Part shown: piece after piece, positions 30,364 to 41,920 of the stretch
Position numbering within the stretch: the stretch's first letter is position 1
Layout: the number at the start of each line of letters is the position of its first letter
Origin: Gammaproteobacteria bacterium
GTDB lineage: Bacteria > Pseudomonadota > Gammaproteobacteria > G965277405
NCBI GenBank assembly: GCA_965277405.1
Contig: OZ255726.1
Coordinates: forward strand, 2,048,001 to 2,112,000
Length of the DNA stretch: 64,000 nt
Direction: 5' to 3'
Notes under the pieces: model-generated
What the model was told of the DNA's origin: nothing
Database searches by the model: none
Seen by the model: only the letters and a program-made list of their open reading frames with translations
Position numbers and translations under genes: made by a program

Positions 30364-31124
30364 CCACAGCGCTCGTTGAAATGCAAAATATGTCGATTGC
30401 ATTTGGTGGCGTGCAGGCTGTTGACCAAGTGAGTGTTGATTTAATGGCTGGCGAAGTTGTAGGGCTATTGGGTCATAATGGCGCTGGTAAATCGACACTG
30501 ATTAAAATGTTATCAGGCGCGTATCAACCAGATAGCGGCACAATACTTGTGAATGGTAAAAATGTAGTAATAAAAAATCCGCGTGATGCGCGCAAATACA
30601 ATATTGAAACAATTTACCAAACACTTGCATTGTCAGATAATCTTGATACTGCAGCAAATATATTTTTAGGGAGAGAGCTGACAACACCATTTGGCTTTAT
30701 AGATGCAGATCAAATGGAAGCGAAATCGAGAAAACTGATGCACCGGTTGAATCCAAACTTTACTAAGTTTGCTGACCCTGTGCATGCACTGTCGGGCGGA
30801 CAGCGGCAATCTGTCGCAATTGCACGAGCCGTGTATTTTAATGCGCGTATTTTGATTATGGATGAACCGACTGCAGCACTTGGACCACAAGAGACGCAAA
30901 TGGTCGCAGCAATCATCAAGGAATTGAAAACGCAAGGCATTGGTATTTTTTTAATTAGCCATGATATTAATGATGTTATGCAACTCTGTGATCGTGCGAG
31001 TGTCATGAAAAACGGTAAACTCGTGGGTACAGTGCAGATTGCTGATGTGACCGATGACGACCTGCTAGGAATGATTATTTTAGGAAAGCAGCCAGCTAAA
31101 ATCGCACACGCTGTGAGCAATTAA
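30360..31124 (+). CDS. xylG: Xylose ABC ATP-binding protein (single domain)
   Basis: [21 protein letters not shown]. Confidence 0.8.
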   Translation: MTTALVEMQNMSIAFGGVQAVDQVSVDLMAGEVVGLLGHNGAGKSTLIKMLSGAYQPDSGTILVNGKNVVIKNPRDARKYNIETIYQTLALSDNLDTAANIFLGRELTTPFGFIDADQMEAKSRKLMHRLNPNFTKFADPVHALSGGQRQSVAIARAVYFNARILIMDEPTAALGPQETQMVAAIIKELKTQGIGIFLISHDINDVMQLCDRASVMKNGKLVGTVQIADVTDDDLLGMIILGKQPAKIAHAVSN

Positions 31125-31540
31125 CTGGTGGCAAGCTCTGATATATGCTGTGTTGCAGACGTTCATTTTATAATATATTTGCCACGGGACTGAAAATATC
31201 ATCCGGCAGGCAGGATGATAACCGAGCGCAATGCTCCTGCTAGAATGGTCAAGAATGGTCAAGAATGGTATTGACTTTTGAAATTGGTGTTTAACGTATC
31301 CGCCATGATGACTACTCCATATCAAATATTGAAAGTGATATGGTTTGCTGCTGCAGTTCCAATTATGCCAACAGTTACATCCTACAATTTAAGAATGAAC
31401 AATTACAATCAGAGGTTTATTTGCTAATGGTTGGTGTTGACTTTTAGTTGCTTATGCAAGCAGGATGGAGGGTGTTAGCAGGTGATAGTGGGTGGGACTA
31501 ATTTAAGTAAAAGTTGGGTAAAGTGGGGGAGGGTAAATGT

Positions 31541-31569
31541 GTGCTGCGGAAATGAATATTCCGCAGCAC
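31541..31569 (-). terminator. Hairpin downstream of the cold-shock gene
   Basis: GTGCTGCGGAA-loop-TTCCGCAGCAC. Confidence 0.65.
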
Positions 31570-31584
31570 CGTATTTACGTGGTC

Positions 31585-31791
31585 TTAGACCGCGAGAACA
31601 TTTGTTGCACAAGGTCCTTTTTGACCTTGCCCTACTTCAAACTCAACAGCCTGCCCATCTGCCAGTGTTGCGTATCCGCCGCCATTTTTGATTTCGGAAT
31701 GATGGACAAATAAATCTTGTCCACCAGCTTCAGGAGTGATAAATCCAAAACCTTTGTTGGCATTAAACCATTTTACGGTACCTTTACTCAT
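31585..31791 (-). CDS. Cold-shock protein (CspA family)
   Basis: GTVKWFN, KGFGFI (RNP1), LFVHHS (RNP2). Confidence 0.97.
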   Translation of the reverse strand: MSKGTVKWFNANKGFGFITPEAGGQDLFVHHSEIKNGGGYATLADGQAVEFEVGQGQKGPCATNVLAV

Positions 31792-32005
31792 ATTATATAC
31801 TCTTTAAAAATTGGTGAAACTGTTAGTCTTCTATACATGAATCCACCAGTCCATCATAGAAGTTGTAACGTGCTCATTTGGTCTGCAGTGCTAATACCAA
31901 TACAATCTAATATTCTCATAAGCAGACCATGACAAATTACTCGTATACTGCATGATGCAGTTAGAATTTCTGAATGCAACTGTTTTTGTTAATCTATTTA
32001 GCAGA

Positions 32006-33481
32006 TTAATTGGTGAGGATTCTTGCCACAGCTTGTTTCCAGCGTGCATACAGTGCATCAGCTTGCTGTGACGCTAGCTGCGGAACAAACTGTTGGTCAC
32101 GTTGCCAATGTTGCGAAATTTCCCTCATTGTTGGGTAAATACCTATTTTCATACCAGCAATCCAAGCGACACCGAGCGCTGTTGTTTCTATGATTTTTGG
32201 ACGATCTACAGTGATTTGGGTAATGTCGGCAAGCGTTTGCAGCAGCCAGTTATTTGCCACCATGGCGCCATCTACACGCAAAGAAAATTCAGTGGTGGCG
32301 TTCCAATCTTTCCGCATTGCGTCAAGCAAGTCACGCGATTGAAACGCAATGGCTTGTAAAGCCGCGTGGGTGATTTCTGCGATGCCGCTGTCACGTGTCA
32401 GTCCCAAAATCGCACCGCGCGCGTTGCTGTCCCAATATGGGGCTCCTAGCCCAGTAAACGCTGGCACAAATACCACTGCAGATTGCTTAGCTTGCATTGC
32501 AAGCGCTTCGCTTTGGGATGCGTTTTCTAAGACTTTAATACCATCACGTAGCCATTGGATGACTGCGCCGGCAACAAAAATTGAACCTTCAAGTGCGTAA
32601 GCAAACTCACCTTCGATATCGTAGGCGATCGTTGTTAGCATTCTGTTTGCAGATTGTAATGGGGTCTTACCAGTGTTCAAGAGCACAAAACATCCAGTAC
32701 CATATGTGGATTTCACCATGCCTGGAACAAAACACGACTGGCCAATTGACGCGGCTTGCTGGTCGCCGGCTACAGCAATAATCGGTAGTTGCATGCCAAA
32801 TTGTCGGGTTGTACCAAAATTTGCAGCACATGGGTGCACAGTCGGCAGCATAGAATGCGGGATGTTAAATAGTGCTAATAACTCATCATCCCATTCACGG
32901 CTATGAATATTGTAGAGCATCGTCCGCGCGGCATTGGTGCTATCTGTCGCATAGGTCTTGCCTGCTGTTAAGCGCCAAATGAGAAATGTATCGATTGTAC
33001 CAAAGCGCAATGTGCCATGTGCAGCGGCTTGTCGTGCACCGTTGACGTTTTCTAAAATCCAATGGACTTTAGTAGCAGAAAAATAGGCATCTATCAATAA
33101 TCCTGTTTTCTCACGCACCATTGGCTCGATGTTGTCGGCTTTGAGCCGCTCACACAGTTCAGCAGTCCGCCGATCTTGCCAAACTATGGCGTTGTATATT
33201 GCTGTGCCCGTCGTCGCATCCCACACCACAACTGTTTCGCGTTGATTGGTGATGCCGATGGCCTTAACAGCAAGCGTCGTGTTGGCAATCGCCGTGGTGC
33301 ATACATTCAAGACTGATTGCCAAATCTCTTCTGGGTCATGCTCCACCCAACCAGAATTTGGGAAGTATTGGCTGAACTCTTGTTGCTCAATGTTGGCTAT
33401 CTCCATGTTGCTGTTGAAGATAATAGCTCGGCTTGAAGTGGTACCTTGATCGATTGCTAATATGCCAGGTTGATTATTCAT
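32006..33481 (-). CDS. glpK: Glycerol kinase
   Basis: AIDQGTTSSR, ITNQRET, WQDRR, YFSATK, GDQQAA, YALEG. Confidence 0.95.
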   Translation of the reverse strand: MNNQPGILAIDQGTTSSRAIIFNSNMEIANIEQQEFSQYFPNSGWVEHDPEEIWQSVLNVCTTAIANTTLAVKAIGITNQRETVVVWDATTGTAIYNAIVWQDRRTAELCERLKADNIEPMVREKTGLLIDAYFSATKVHWILENVNGARQAAAHGTLRFGTIDTFLIWRLTAGKTYATDSTNAARTMLYNIHSREWDDELLALFNIPHSMLPTVHPCAANFGTTRQFGMQLPIIAVAGDQQAASIGQSCFVPGMVKSTYGTGCFVLLNTGKTPLQSANRMLTTIAYDIEGEFAYALEGSIFVAGAVIQWLRDGIKVLENASQSEALAMQAKQSAVVFVPAFTGLGAPYWDSNARGAILGLTRDSGIAEITHAALQAIAFQSRDLLDAMRKDWNATTEFSLRVDGAMVANNWLLQTLADITQITVDRPKIIETTALGVAWIAGMKIGIYPTMREISQHWQRDQQFVPQLASQQADALYARWKQAVARILTN

Positions 33482-33605
33482 TCTGTATATTCCATTCATT
33501 GGCAGGTTTGACACAGTCCATGCGAACAGCAAACAGGCATACTGCACAGCTTGTGCTTGCGAACGAGATTGCGGCTATGCGGCTATAGTAGTTGCCATAT
33601 TGTAG

Positions 33606-33638
33606 GGAACCTCTGCTTAAGTCCATGCTGGGCGAGAC
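33606..33638 (+). mobile_element. MITE copy 5 (left-end fragment)
   Basis: GGAACCTCTGCTTAAGTCCATGCTGGGCGAGAC. Confidence 0.65.
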
Positions 33639-33930
33639 ATACAAATAAGTTCTATCCTTTGATTAATAAAATATTGAGCGCTGCAATATACTTGACAAAG
33701 ACAGAGTTAGGATAATAATCGCCAGCAATTCTTATACGCATCGCGTTTTGGATATTGGCGTATGGTGTTAAGATATATCAGCCAAAACCGTTGCACACTG
33801 CGTTTTGCAGCGTTTATGCAAAGCATAAGTATACAGTAGTGTTGAAAACTCATTCTACTATTATCAATCTCGCAAGTTTCGCTGACGTTGACTTCAGCCA
33901 CAATACCACTGCGACAACATAGGAAAAGCT

Positions 33931-35226
33931 ATGAGTAATCGCAAAGCACATCTGCACATTGATGGCAGAGATCCAATTGAGCTAAACATCATCTCTGGAA
34001 CGCTTGGCCCTGATGTTATCGATGTCGCTCCTTTGCTTGCTGAAGGGTATTTTACCTATGACCCGGGCTTTATCGCCACCGCGTCGACCGATTCAAAGAT
34101 TACTTTTATCGATGGTGACGAAGGGATATTGCTCCACCGTGGCTATCCAATCGAGCAACTGGCAAAGGAGTCTAATTATATAGAACTGAGCTATTTGTTA
34201 CTGAATGGCGAGTTACCAACAATTGAGGAATATAACTCGTTCAAACGGCGTATTAAAAATCATACGATGGTCACAGAACGCATGGCCAAATTCATTAATG
34301 GTTTTAGAGCAGACTCGCATCCGATGGCGGTGATGTGCGGATTAGTTGGCGCATTGTCGTCTTTCTACCATGAAAATCTGGATATTTCTAACCCAGAACA
34401 TCGGTGTCAAACAGCGATTCGCATTGTCTCAAAAATGCCAACACTGGCAGCAATGGCATATAAATATTCACAAGGATTGCCGTTTATTTATCCTGATAAC
34501 AGTTTAGCTTTTGCAGAAAACTTTCTCCACATGATGTATGCAACGCCATGCGAAAAATATGTAGTTGACCCGCTGCATGCTCGGGTGATGGATGTGATTT
34601 TTATGCTCCATGCCGATCATGAGCAAAATGCTTCTACTTCAACTGTTCGTCTGGCTGGATCTACCAACGCCAACCCATATGCCTGTGTGGCATCGGGAAT
34701 TGCTGCTTTGTGGGGACCACTCCATGGCGGAGCGAACGAAGCGGTGATTTTAATGCTACAAGAAATCAACTCGGCAGATCGTATTGCTGGATTTGTCAAT
34801 CGTGCCAAAGACCCAAATGATTCATTCCGCTTGATGGGGTTTGGACATCGTGTCTATAAGAATTTTGACCCGCGCGCCAATGTGCTGCGGGATTTTGCCA
34901 AAGAGATCATTGCCAACAGACCAGAAGACGAGTTGAGCAAAATGTTTGTGATTGCCGAAGAATTAGAAAAAATCGCCTTGGAAGACCCGTATTTTATTAA
35001 AAAACAATTGTATCCAAATGTTGATTTTTACTCAGGTATCGTGTTGAGCGCTTTAGGAATTCCAACAACCATGTTCACCGCAATTTTTGCAATTGCTCGG
35101 AGTATTGGCTGGATTTCTCATTGGCATGAGATGAGTAGCAGCCCAGGAAAAATAGGCAGACCCAGACAACTGTATACAGGAGCAACGCGTCGCGATTACA
35201 TTGCTGCAGAACTGCGCTCAGCCTAA
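33931..35226 (+). CDS. gltA: Citrate synthase (type II)
   Basis: [32 protein letters not shown]. Confidence 0.97.
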   Translation: MSNRKAHLHIDGRDPIELNIISGTLGPDVIDVAPLLAEGYFTYDPGFIATASTDSKITFIDGDEGILLHRGYPIEQLAKESNYIELSYLLLNGELPTIEEYNSFKRRIKNHTMVTERMAKFINGFRADSHPMAVMCGLVGALSSFYHENLDISNPEHRCQTAIRIVSKMPTLAAMAYKYSQGLPFIYPDNSLAFAENFLHMMYATPCEKYVVDPLHARVMDVIFMLHADHEQNASTSTVRLAGSTNANPYACVASGIAALWGPLHGGANEAVILMLQEINSADRIAGFVNRAKDPNDSFRLMGFGHRVYKNFDPRANVLRDFAKEIIANRPEDELSKMFVIAEELEKIALEDPYFIKKQLYPNVDFYSGIVLSALGIPTTMFTAIFAIARSIGWISHWHEMSSSPGKIGRPRQLYTGATRRDYIAAELRSA

Positions 35227-35520
35227 GGAAGCTCTGATTAAGTCCTTGATGGGCGAGACGGAGCAAAAACGCTGATGATAACTAGACGCAGTGCGCAGAT
35301 AATACTGGTGGTCTTGTGGGTATTGCCAAGTGCTGCAACGACGCAGCGCAGCGTTTTTTCCCGTCCTTCTATTGAATATATGATGGTTTGCCTACAAGCG
35401 GTACTTGCTGTGTTGCATCCCTTGGCGTATATGCTACGGCATGCGCTTAGCGGTTTGCGCCTTGCAATCATCAGCAATTGCCAACAAACTCTCTCTATCA
35501 GCGAGTTAATCAGAGGTTCC
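35227..35520 (+). mobile_element. IS5-type MITE copy 6 (complete, 294 bp)
   Basis: TIRs GGAAGCTCTGATTAA / TTAATCAGAGGTTCC; perfect 4-bp TSD CTAA (35223-35226, 35521-35524) that includes the gltA stop codon. Confidence 0.92.
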
Positions 35521-35525
35521 CTAAG

Positions 35526-36425
35526 TGTCAAAACTACACACGTTGTTTACAAAAACCAACAATTCTAGCAGCTGGTGGTAGATTCCCTAAAGCGGAATGT
35601 GTGCGACTGAGGTTATAGTGATTAAGATATTTTGGAAGAGCTTTGTTGCGCTCATCACTTGTTTGCTATGGCTGCGAAAATGCCCATTCCTTGCTAAGCG
35701 TTTGTATCAACCTTTCTGCTTTTCCGTTGGTCTGCGGCCTGTATGGTTTGGTAAAAACGTGCTTGATTTGACAAGCATCAAGATATCGATTTACGAACTT
35801 TGATCGATATGCAGGTCCATTGTCTGTCATCAGCCGGTTCACCGCTATTCCCAAAGATGAAAAATGCTCCAATGCTCGGTGTATAAACCCCTGAGTCGTT
35901 TCCTTTTTCTCATCAGGAAGCACCTCCACAAACGCCCATCGACTATGGTCATCTATACAAACATGGGCGCACTCAATACCATGGCCTGTATTTGCTTTTG
36001 CAGGAGCACCAAATTTATGCCCAGTGGAGTAAAACGTTGCAGTTTGTTGATGTCCAGATGCAGCATGTCACCAGGGTGTTCATGCTCATAGCGATGCGCT
36101 TTTTCTCTTTTTAAGGTCTTTTTTGTAAGGCATAGCCGTCTCAAAATTTTGGTGACAGTGGAGTATGCCAATTGCAAATACTTGGCAATGCTCCGTGCAT
36201 TCATTTGTGACTCTAAATAGAGTTTTTGGATGCGTTGAGCCAAGGTCTCAGCGAGCTTAGCTGGGGTTGAAATTGGCCTGCTGGAAAGATTGTACAGTGC
36301 AGATGTTCCACCTGATTTATAGCGTCTGAGCCACTTGTAAACAGTTAGTAGCGAATAGTATCGAAATGGCAAAATAGTTGGCTACGCGATTCACAGGGTG
36401 ATTGTCGACAAGCACCCTGTGAATC
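35526..36425 (-). pseudogene. IS481-family transposase, frameshifted and 5'-truncated
   Basis: YKWLRRY, RYEHEHPGDMLHLD, MTDNG, YRPQTNGKAER, YN..RTHSALG; right end ...TGACA. Confidence 0.88.
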
Positions 36426-36574
36426 GCGTAATTGTATGTAAACGCCTGAATCACACCTTGTTGCTCAAGCTCATTCAGTTCGCGCTCATCCATAATCGTG
36501 AAGGCCATCTCAAGCTGTTGCAGCGAGCGTTTGAAATTATCGAATCTGTGTATCCAACGAATATCGGGTGACAT
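36426..36574 (-). pseudogene. Truncated HI0074-like (HEPN) gene fused to the IS481 remnant
   Basis: DIRWIHRFDNFKRSLQQL...ELEQQGVIQAFTYNY, then switches to IS481-like sequence. Confidence 0.75.
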
Positions 36575-36638
36575 CAGAATCTCCGTTATGTAAATGCTGG
36601 ACGTAGTTCCTTAAAACTAATTGTTGGGGTACGGGCTA

Positions 36639-37001
36639 TTATTGCTGATTTTTTTTTGCAACATCAGCAAACCGCAGCGCTGGCTTGTTGTCGCAAATTG
36701 GCAAAGGGATTTTTTGTGCGTCGATGATGTCTTTAAAATACGGCGCCACTTGCCGCATATCGACAACATCCACTGTGTAGGGCAAGTGGGATTCGTCAAA
36801 GGCGCGGCTGAGCTGCCTGGAGGTGGAGTGGGCAAGCGCACTTGGGGCTTGGATGGCGATATCCAAATCTGAATTGTGTCTGGTGTGACCGTTGGCGCGG
36901 CTGCCAAACACCCAGACGCGGGTATCATGTGGCAAGATGCTTTGCAATATCTCTTGCACTATGGCGAGTTGTGGTGTTGTTATATCAAGTTGTGCGGTCA
37001 T
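36639..37001 (-). CDS. Minimal nucleotidyltransferase (MNT) antitoxin
   Basis: VWVFGSRANG...SDLDIA...VDVVD. Confidence 0.88.
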   Translation of the reverse strand: MTAQLDITTPQLAIVQEILQSILPHDTRVWVFGSRANGHTRHNSDLDIAIQAPSALAHSTSRQLSRAFDESHLPYTVDVVDMRQVAPYFKDIIDAQKIPLPICDNKPALRFADVAKKNQQ

Positions 37002-37435
37002 TTTTCACCGTTATCCTTGGCTGGCAGGGCGTGCAATAGATAGTCCACTTCATTGCAGAAGGTGTGAATGTCTTGCATGATTTTCAGCACTACATCAAGG
37101 TTGTAACCGTGGGCGGTTTTATTGCGATTGTCTCGATACAACCACCAGCTGTCCCAGCTGCTTTTAATGATTTTTTGGCTGTATGCCTCACGTATTTTGC
37201 CCTGAAAGCTCATTTCGTGTACTGCGCTTGGGTTGGCTGCTGCCATCGAGAGGTGGCGAGTGATCATTTTGGCGGCAAGATCATAACAGTATACGAAACG
37301 TTGGATGCAGGCGTCGCGCACAAATTCGTTGCTGGTGTCTTTGTTATATTCGTCTAACGCTAGTTTGAAGCTGGTCAAAGCTTTGTCTAATGAGGTTAGA
37401 TCAAGGGTTGCTGTTATGTGTTTCTTTGTATTCAT
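36998..37435 (-). CDS. HEPN (HI0074-like) toxin / nucleotidyltransferase substrate-binding protein
   Basis: RDACIQRF; RNKTAH (Rx4H) motif intact. Confidence 0.87.
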   Translation of the reverse strand: MNTKKHITATLDLTSLDKALTSFKLALDEYNKDTSNEFVRDACIQRFVYCYDLAAKMITRHLSMAAANPSAVHEMSFQGKIREAYSQKIIKSSWDSWWLYRDNRNKTAHGYNLDVVLKIMQDIHTFCNEVDYLLHALPAKDNGEK

Positions 37436-37581
37436 TGGCAAGCCATTGCTAAAATGTAGTAAGGCATTCAGCCCACAATACAAATAAATCGGAGTTATTG
37501 TAAGGGATGCAAAGGTTTAATAAATTGCTAATACAAGAATACTGCAAATGAAACCCCACGATAGCGCTTGCAGCTATTGAT

Positions 37582-38256
37582 TCATGGTTTAGCGTATTTC
37601 AGCGCTTGGATTGCCTGGGTATAGCCGCCGTCAGCATCTGGGTTGTTGAATATCGCGCTGCCAGCAACAACCGCACTGGCACCTGCATTTTGGACGGCTT
37701 GGACGGTATGGCTGTTGATGCCTCCGTCAACTTGGAGTTCGATGTGCCTGCCAGTCGTATGGTGGTGAGCGTCTATGCGCAGCTTTGCCGCAGCTATTGT
37801 ATGCAGTGTGTGCGGAATGAATGTTTGCCCACCGAACCCTGGATTAACGCTCATCAGCAACACTAGGTCGATCAGATGGATGGTGTGATCCAACCAAGTT
37901 AAGCTGGTGGCGGGGTTTAATGCAATCCCCGGTTGACAGCCGTGGTCGCGAATTAACGCAATCGTGCGGTCAACGTGTTTGGTTGCTTCAGGGTGGAAGG
38001 TGATGGTGTTGGCGCCTGCTTTGGCAAAGGCGATAGCAATTGCATCGACTGGCTCAACCATCAAATGGACATCTATTGGAATTTCTACTAACGGGCGGAT
38101 AGCAGCACATACCATGGGACCTATGGTTAGATTAGGTACAAAATGATTGTCCATGGCATCGAGGTGGATCCAATCTGCTCCAGCATGCTGCACAGCCTGC
38201 ACTTCTACACCAAGCCGCGCAAAGTCTGCGGATAAAATTGATGGGGCGATAATCAC
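37582..38256 (-). CDS. rpe: Ribulose-phosphate 3-epimerase
   Basis: IAPSILSADF, HLDAMDNHFVPN, MSVNPGFGGQ, VDGG. Confidence 0.96.
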   Translation of the reverse strand: MIIAPSILSADFARLGVEVQAVQHAGADWIHLDAMDNHFVPNLTIGPMVCAAIRPLVEIPIDVHLMVEPVDAIAIAFAKAGANTITFHPEATKHVDRTIALIRDHGCQPGIALNPATSLTWLDHTIHLIDLVLLMSVNPGFGGQTFIPHTLHTIAAAKLRIDAHHHTTGRHIELQVDGGINSHTVQAVQNAGASAVVAGSAIFNNPDADGGYTQAIQALKYAKP

Positions 38257-38510
38257 ATCTGGTCAACTGTTAAAATAAAAGGTTCGTGAAGTGTAGCAAA
38301 TGCGTGGATACGCTAGCTGATGCAAGCTATTTATAATCTGGTTTGCGGTCAACTGCGCGCATTTTAGCTGTGGATACCAATGACACGCTAGCAAACAGAT
38401 TAGCATGTTTAGCTGTAGATATATATACACAAGATGTGTACCGTACCGAGACATTATTCAATAAATTATCACATACAATACATGAATTTCACTTGGGAAA
38501 ACGGCTAGAT

Positions 38511-39434
38511 ATGACGGTGGCCCAGCGCGGTTATGCGTTTGCTTTTTCGGGAACAATATTTGTAACGCTGTATGTGTTAACGTTTTCAAAATTGGCAGAA
38601 ACACTGCCGGTGGGGGTGGCTACTTTTTTATTGTTGTTGTCGGCGTTGCTGCTCAATAGCATTATGTTGCTGGTCAAAAAAAGCAAAAATTGGGCTAAAA
38701 AAGCAAAATCTGAATTTACTGTTGCCAGCGCTGCCCAGCTGGTGTTGATAGCGATTAGCTCAATTTTGGGAAACCAGTTTGTCTTTCTATCGTATGAGCA
38801 TATTTCTCCAGCGCTGACGAATATTATGCAACGCACTGAGTTGTTGTTTGTGATAGTCCTTGGAGCATTGTTGTTTGCCGAACGGATAACGTATCACGTT
38901 GTTATTGCCGCATTGTTGGTGGTAATGGGCATTATTATCATCAATTACCATCCAAGTATGTTTGAAATAGGACATTGGTTTGGTCCAATTTTTGCAATAT
39001 TAGCTGGGGTCAGTTTCGCAATAATGATTGTGATGATACGCTATAGTAGTCATTATTTTTCGGTAACGTTGATAAATCAATACCGACTGCTGATTGCAGT
39101 TGTGATTTTGGCTGCCGTTCCTGGGGTATTGCAGCGGTTGTATTCTGTAAATCTTGAGGAAGTGATGTACGCGTTTCTCGCCGCATTTGGCGGGCCTTTT
39201 ATTTCTCGGCTGTGTTATATCCGCGCGGTTGCATATTTGCCGGTTGCTAGTATTTCGTTGATTGGAACAAGTTCGCCCGTGCTTACGTTGTTGGCGATGA
39301 TGGTTATTTATAATATTTATCCAACGTTCAACCAATTGATTGGCGGCGCAATGGTACTGTTTGCCGTAGTGTTTCTAGTATTGTCTAAACCTGAAAAATT
39401 GCCGAATGTCAAAACTAAAGCGGAATTAACCTAA
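38511..39434 (+). CDS. DMT/EamA family transporter
   Basis: ~10 TM segments, LFAERIT, GGAMVL. Confidence 0.8.
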   Translation: MTVAQRGYAFAFSGTIFVTLYVLTFSKLAETLPVGVATFLLLLSALLLNSIMLLVKKSKNWAKKAKSEFTVASAAQLVLIAISSILGNQFVFLSYEHISPALTNIMQRTELLFVIVLGALLFAERITYHVVIAALLVVMGIIIINYHPSMFEIGHWFGPIFAILAGVSFAIMIVMIRYSSHYFSVTLINQYRLLIAVVILAAVPGVLQRLYSVNLEEVMYAFLAAFGGPFISRLCYIRAVAYLPVASISLIGTSSPVLTLLAMMVIYNIYPTFNQLIGGAMVLFAVVFLVLSKPEKLPNVKTKAELT

Positions 39435-39444
39435 GGATATCCAT

Positions 39445-41169
39445 TCACACCAACACACCATTGTCGAGCGTATATTTTGTATGACTGCGTGACAGGTGGC
39501 TGGTTTTATGCGAGATAATAATAGTGGTAGTATTAGCGCAGTATTCCTCCATCGCATTTAAGACATGCTGTTCTGTGGCATTATCTACAGCTGAGGTAAC
39601 TTCATCAAGAATGACAATTGATGGCTGAGTAACAAATAAGCGTGCCAACGCTAGGCGCTGGCATTGACCACCTGATAATTGCAGTCCTTGACGCCCAATA
39701 TTGGTGTGTATGCCTTCTGGCAAGCCGTGGACTAAATCTGCGAGTTGTACTCGTTCCAATGCCTGCCAGATACGCTGTTCATCATAATTGCTACCTAAAC
39801 AAATATTGGCATAAATACTGTTATGGAGTAATGCTGGATTTTGCAATGAGCAAACCACATATTCTCTGAGTTGGCGTGGGTCAATCGATGATAATTCGTT
39901 GCCGTTGAGTAGAATTGACCCGCTGGTGTATGGATATAGAGCACATAGCAGTTGCGCGATGGTCGATTTGCCGCTGCCGCTGACACCAGCAATAGCGATA
40001 TGTTCGCCAGCGGCGATGCGGAGTGATAGGTTGCATAAAACTGGGAAACCTTGCCGATAGCTAAATGATAGACCTTGAATATCGACAGACCATGCTGGTT
40101 GTGGTGCTACGATATTGGTGTGATACTGCTGGCGCTCGCCGCGGCTGACTAACGCTTCAAATTGTTGTAACCGAGCAAATGAAGCATTGGCAGCACGCAG
40201 ATGGACTTGCATATCAATGATTTGCTGCATCGCGCCGGCAGTAATCCACAGGTAGCCAAACACAGCAAACATGTGGCCGATTGACAGGTTAGAAAACAAC
40301 ACGAAGGCAAGACAGGCACCGCGGAAAATATCAAAGCCTGTCATAAACACGGCATTGCTCGACCGTGAAGCTATTTCGCTATGCCATTGAAAATAAAAGC
40401 TGGCTGTGGCAATCCGTTGCACCACTTGTTGCATGTCTTGTAGATAATTGCGTTCACGGTTGCTCACCCGCAACTGATGTGCTGAGTCAATATATTCGGT
40501 GAGGTGTTCTTGCAGTAGCTGCGTTTGTTCATGGTCTTGGCGTTTGAGCGCTGTTACTTTACGGCTGAAGCGTTGGACAGCTGCAATAGTGAGTGGGTTC
40601 AGTACCAACATATACAGCCCTAACCACGGGTGGATAATGGTCACCACAGCTAGCACGCCGATTGCTGTGGCAATGCTAATAAAAAAATTGCTCACAGTAA
40701 CGCCGATAAAGCGGTCGATATTGTCGACATCGTTGACGATATTACTGACTAGTTTTCCGCTTTTTAAAGTGTCTAGGACTTGCATTGAGAAGTTGCTTAC
40801 TTGTGCCAATAAGCGTTGGCGGAGTGTTGCCGTGATCCGTTTGGAAATGGCAATAAATAAGTGGGTTTGCAATAGGTTGAAGCCGAGGGTGAGGAGGCGT
40901 AACATGAGTGAAATCAACAACACAATGCAGATGTAAACAACTGGCGTCTGCCATGAAACGCGCAAAACAGTATCAAGGATAGGCAGCATCCACCCGTCTT
41001 GTTGCAAAATGACTTCGTCGATGAGCACTGGCAGCAACAGCGGCAAGGGAACAAAAATTATCACCGCTGCCAATGCGCAGACGTTAGCAAGCAAAAATTG
41101 TTTTTTGTAGTTGTGTAGCTGGTGTGCGACCCAGCGTACGCTCAGCGCGGGATTGGTGTTATTGCTCAC
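39445..41169 (-). CDS. ABC exporter, fused permease/ATPase
   Basis: N-terminal TM domain, GVSGSGKST, LSGGQCQR, ILDEVTS. Confidence 0.9.
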   Translation of the reverse strand: MSNNTNPALSVRWVAHQLHNYKKQFLLANVCALAAVIIFVPLPLLLPVLIDEVILQQDGWMLPILDTVLRVSWQTPVVYICIVLLISLMLRLLTLGFNLLQTHLFIAISKRITATLRQRLLAQVSNFSMQVLDTLKSGKLVSNIVNDVDNIDRFIGVTVSNFFISIATAIGVLAVVTIIHPWLGLYMLVLNPLTIAAVQRFSRKVTALKRQDHEQTQLLQEHLTEYIDSAHQLRVSNRERNYLQDMQQVVQRIATASFYFQWHSEIASRSSNAVFMTGFDIFRGACLAFVLFSNLSIGHMFAVFGYLWITAGAMQQIIDMQVHLRAANASFARLQQFEALVSRGERQQYHTNIVAPQPAWSVDIQGLSFSYRQGFPVLCNLSLRIAAGEHIAIAGVSGSGKSTIAQLLCALYPYTSGSILLNGNELSSIDPRQLREYVVCSLQNPALLHNSIYANICLGSNYDEQRIWQALERVQLADLVHGLPEGIHTNIGRQGLQLSGGQCQRLALARLFVTQPSIVILDEVTSAVDNATEQHVLNAMEEYCANTTTIIISHKTSHLSRSHTKYTLDNGVLV

Positions 41170-41414
41170 AAGCTACTATCGCCGACTGTGGTATAGACTG
41201 AGTTGCTGGCTTTGGGTATCCCGCTCACACAGGCTTGGTCTTGGGTGTTGTGACGGTCCGAATGTCATTGTGTCAAGATAAATAATACTTACTGGCATTT
41301 GGGTGTTAGCAAGTTTTTGATATATCATAATGTTGCGTGCTGTAGATGGGTATTCAATATTTCGCGCAATTCTAGCCATAACATTGTGGCGGTATATACA
41401 TAATTAGGGATTAC

Positions 41415-41774
41415 ATGGAAAAGCAGACTAAATTTGAACGGCCTTGGGGTTGGTACGATTCGATCACGCAGGATGACGGGTATCAAGTCAAAATTATTTG
41501 CGTGCATCCAGCGCAAATATTATCACTACAAAAACACATGCACCGCAGTGAACATTGGGTGGTGGTGCGTGGCACGGCATGGGTGACTGTCGATGGTGCT
41601 GTTCTCAAACAAGAAACTGGGAGTCATGTGTATATTCCGCTTGAGGCAAAACATCGCTTAGAAAACCGTGATGACAGTGATTTGTATGTTATCGAGGTGC
41701 AGTGCGGCGCTTACTTGGGTGAAGATGACATTATTCGTTTTGAAGATAAATACCATCGAAAAACATCCGCATAA
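41415..41774 (+). CDS. Phosphomannose isomerase type II C-terminal cupin protein
   Basis: RPWGWY, LSLQKHMHRSEHWVVV, HRLEN, YLGEDDIIR. Confidence 0.88.
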   Translation: MEKQTKFERPWGWYDSITQDDGYQVKIICVHPAQILSLQKHMHRSEHWVVVRGTAWVTVDGAVLKQETGSHVYIPLEAKHRLENRDDSDLYVIEVQCGAYLGEDDIIRFEDKYHRKTSA

Positions 41775-41844
41775 AACATCCACATAAAACCACGCTGACG
41801 GCGTGGATGTTGGCACAGCTAATATCTGCAGGTTGTACAATTTA

Positions 41845-41866
41845 ACTTCACATAAACTTCATTAAA
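41845..41866 (+). promoter_or_regulatory. Pho box-like site upstream of phnG
   Basis: ACTTCAC-ATAA-ACTTCAT-TAAA, 11-bp period. Confidence 0.6.
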
Positions 41867-41920
41867 TCCAATAAGCGCCGCTTATTATCGCTAGCCAATC
41901 GATTATTAGCATGAGGGCTT

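Noticed and set aside
35238-35568. Recurring ~60-100 aa ORFs (also near 4516, 10794, 24774, 53536)
   Set aside because: They lie within MITE copies and their frames are not conserved among copies
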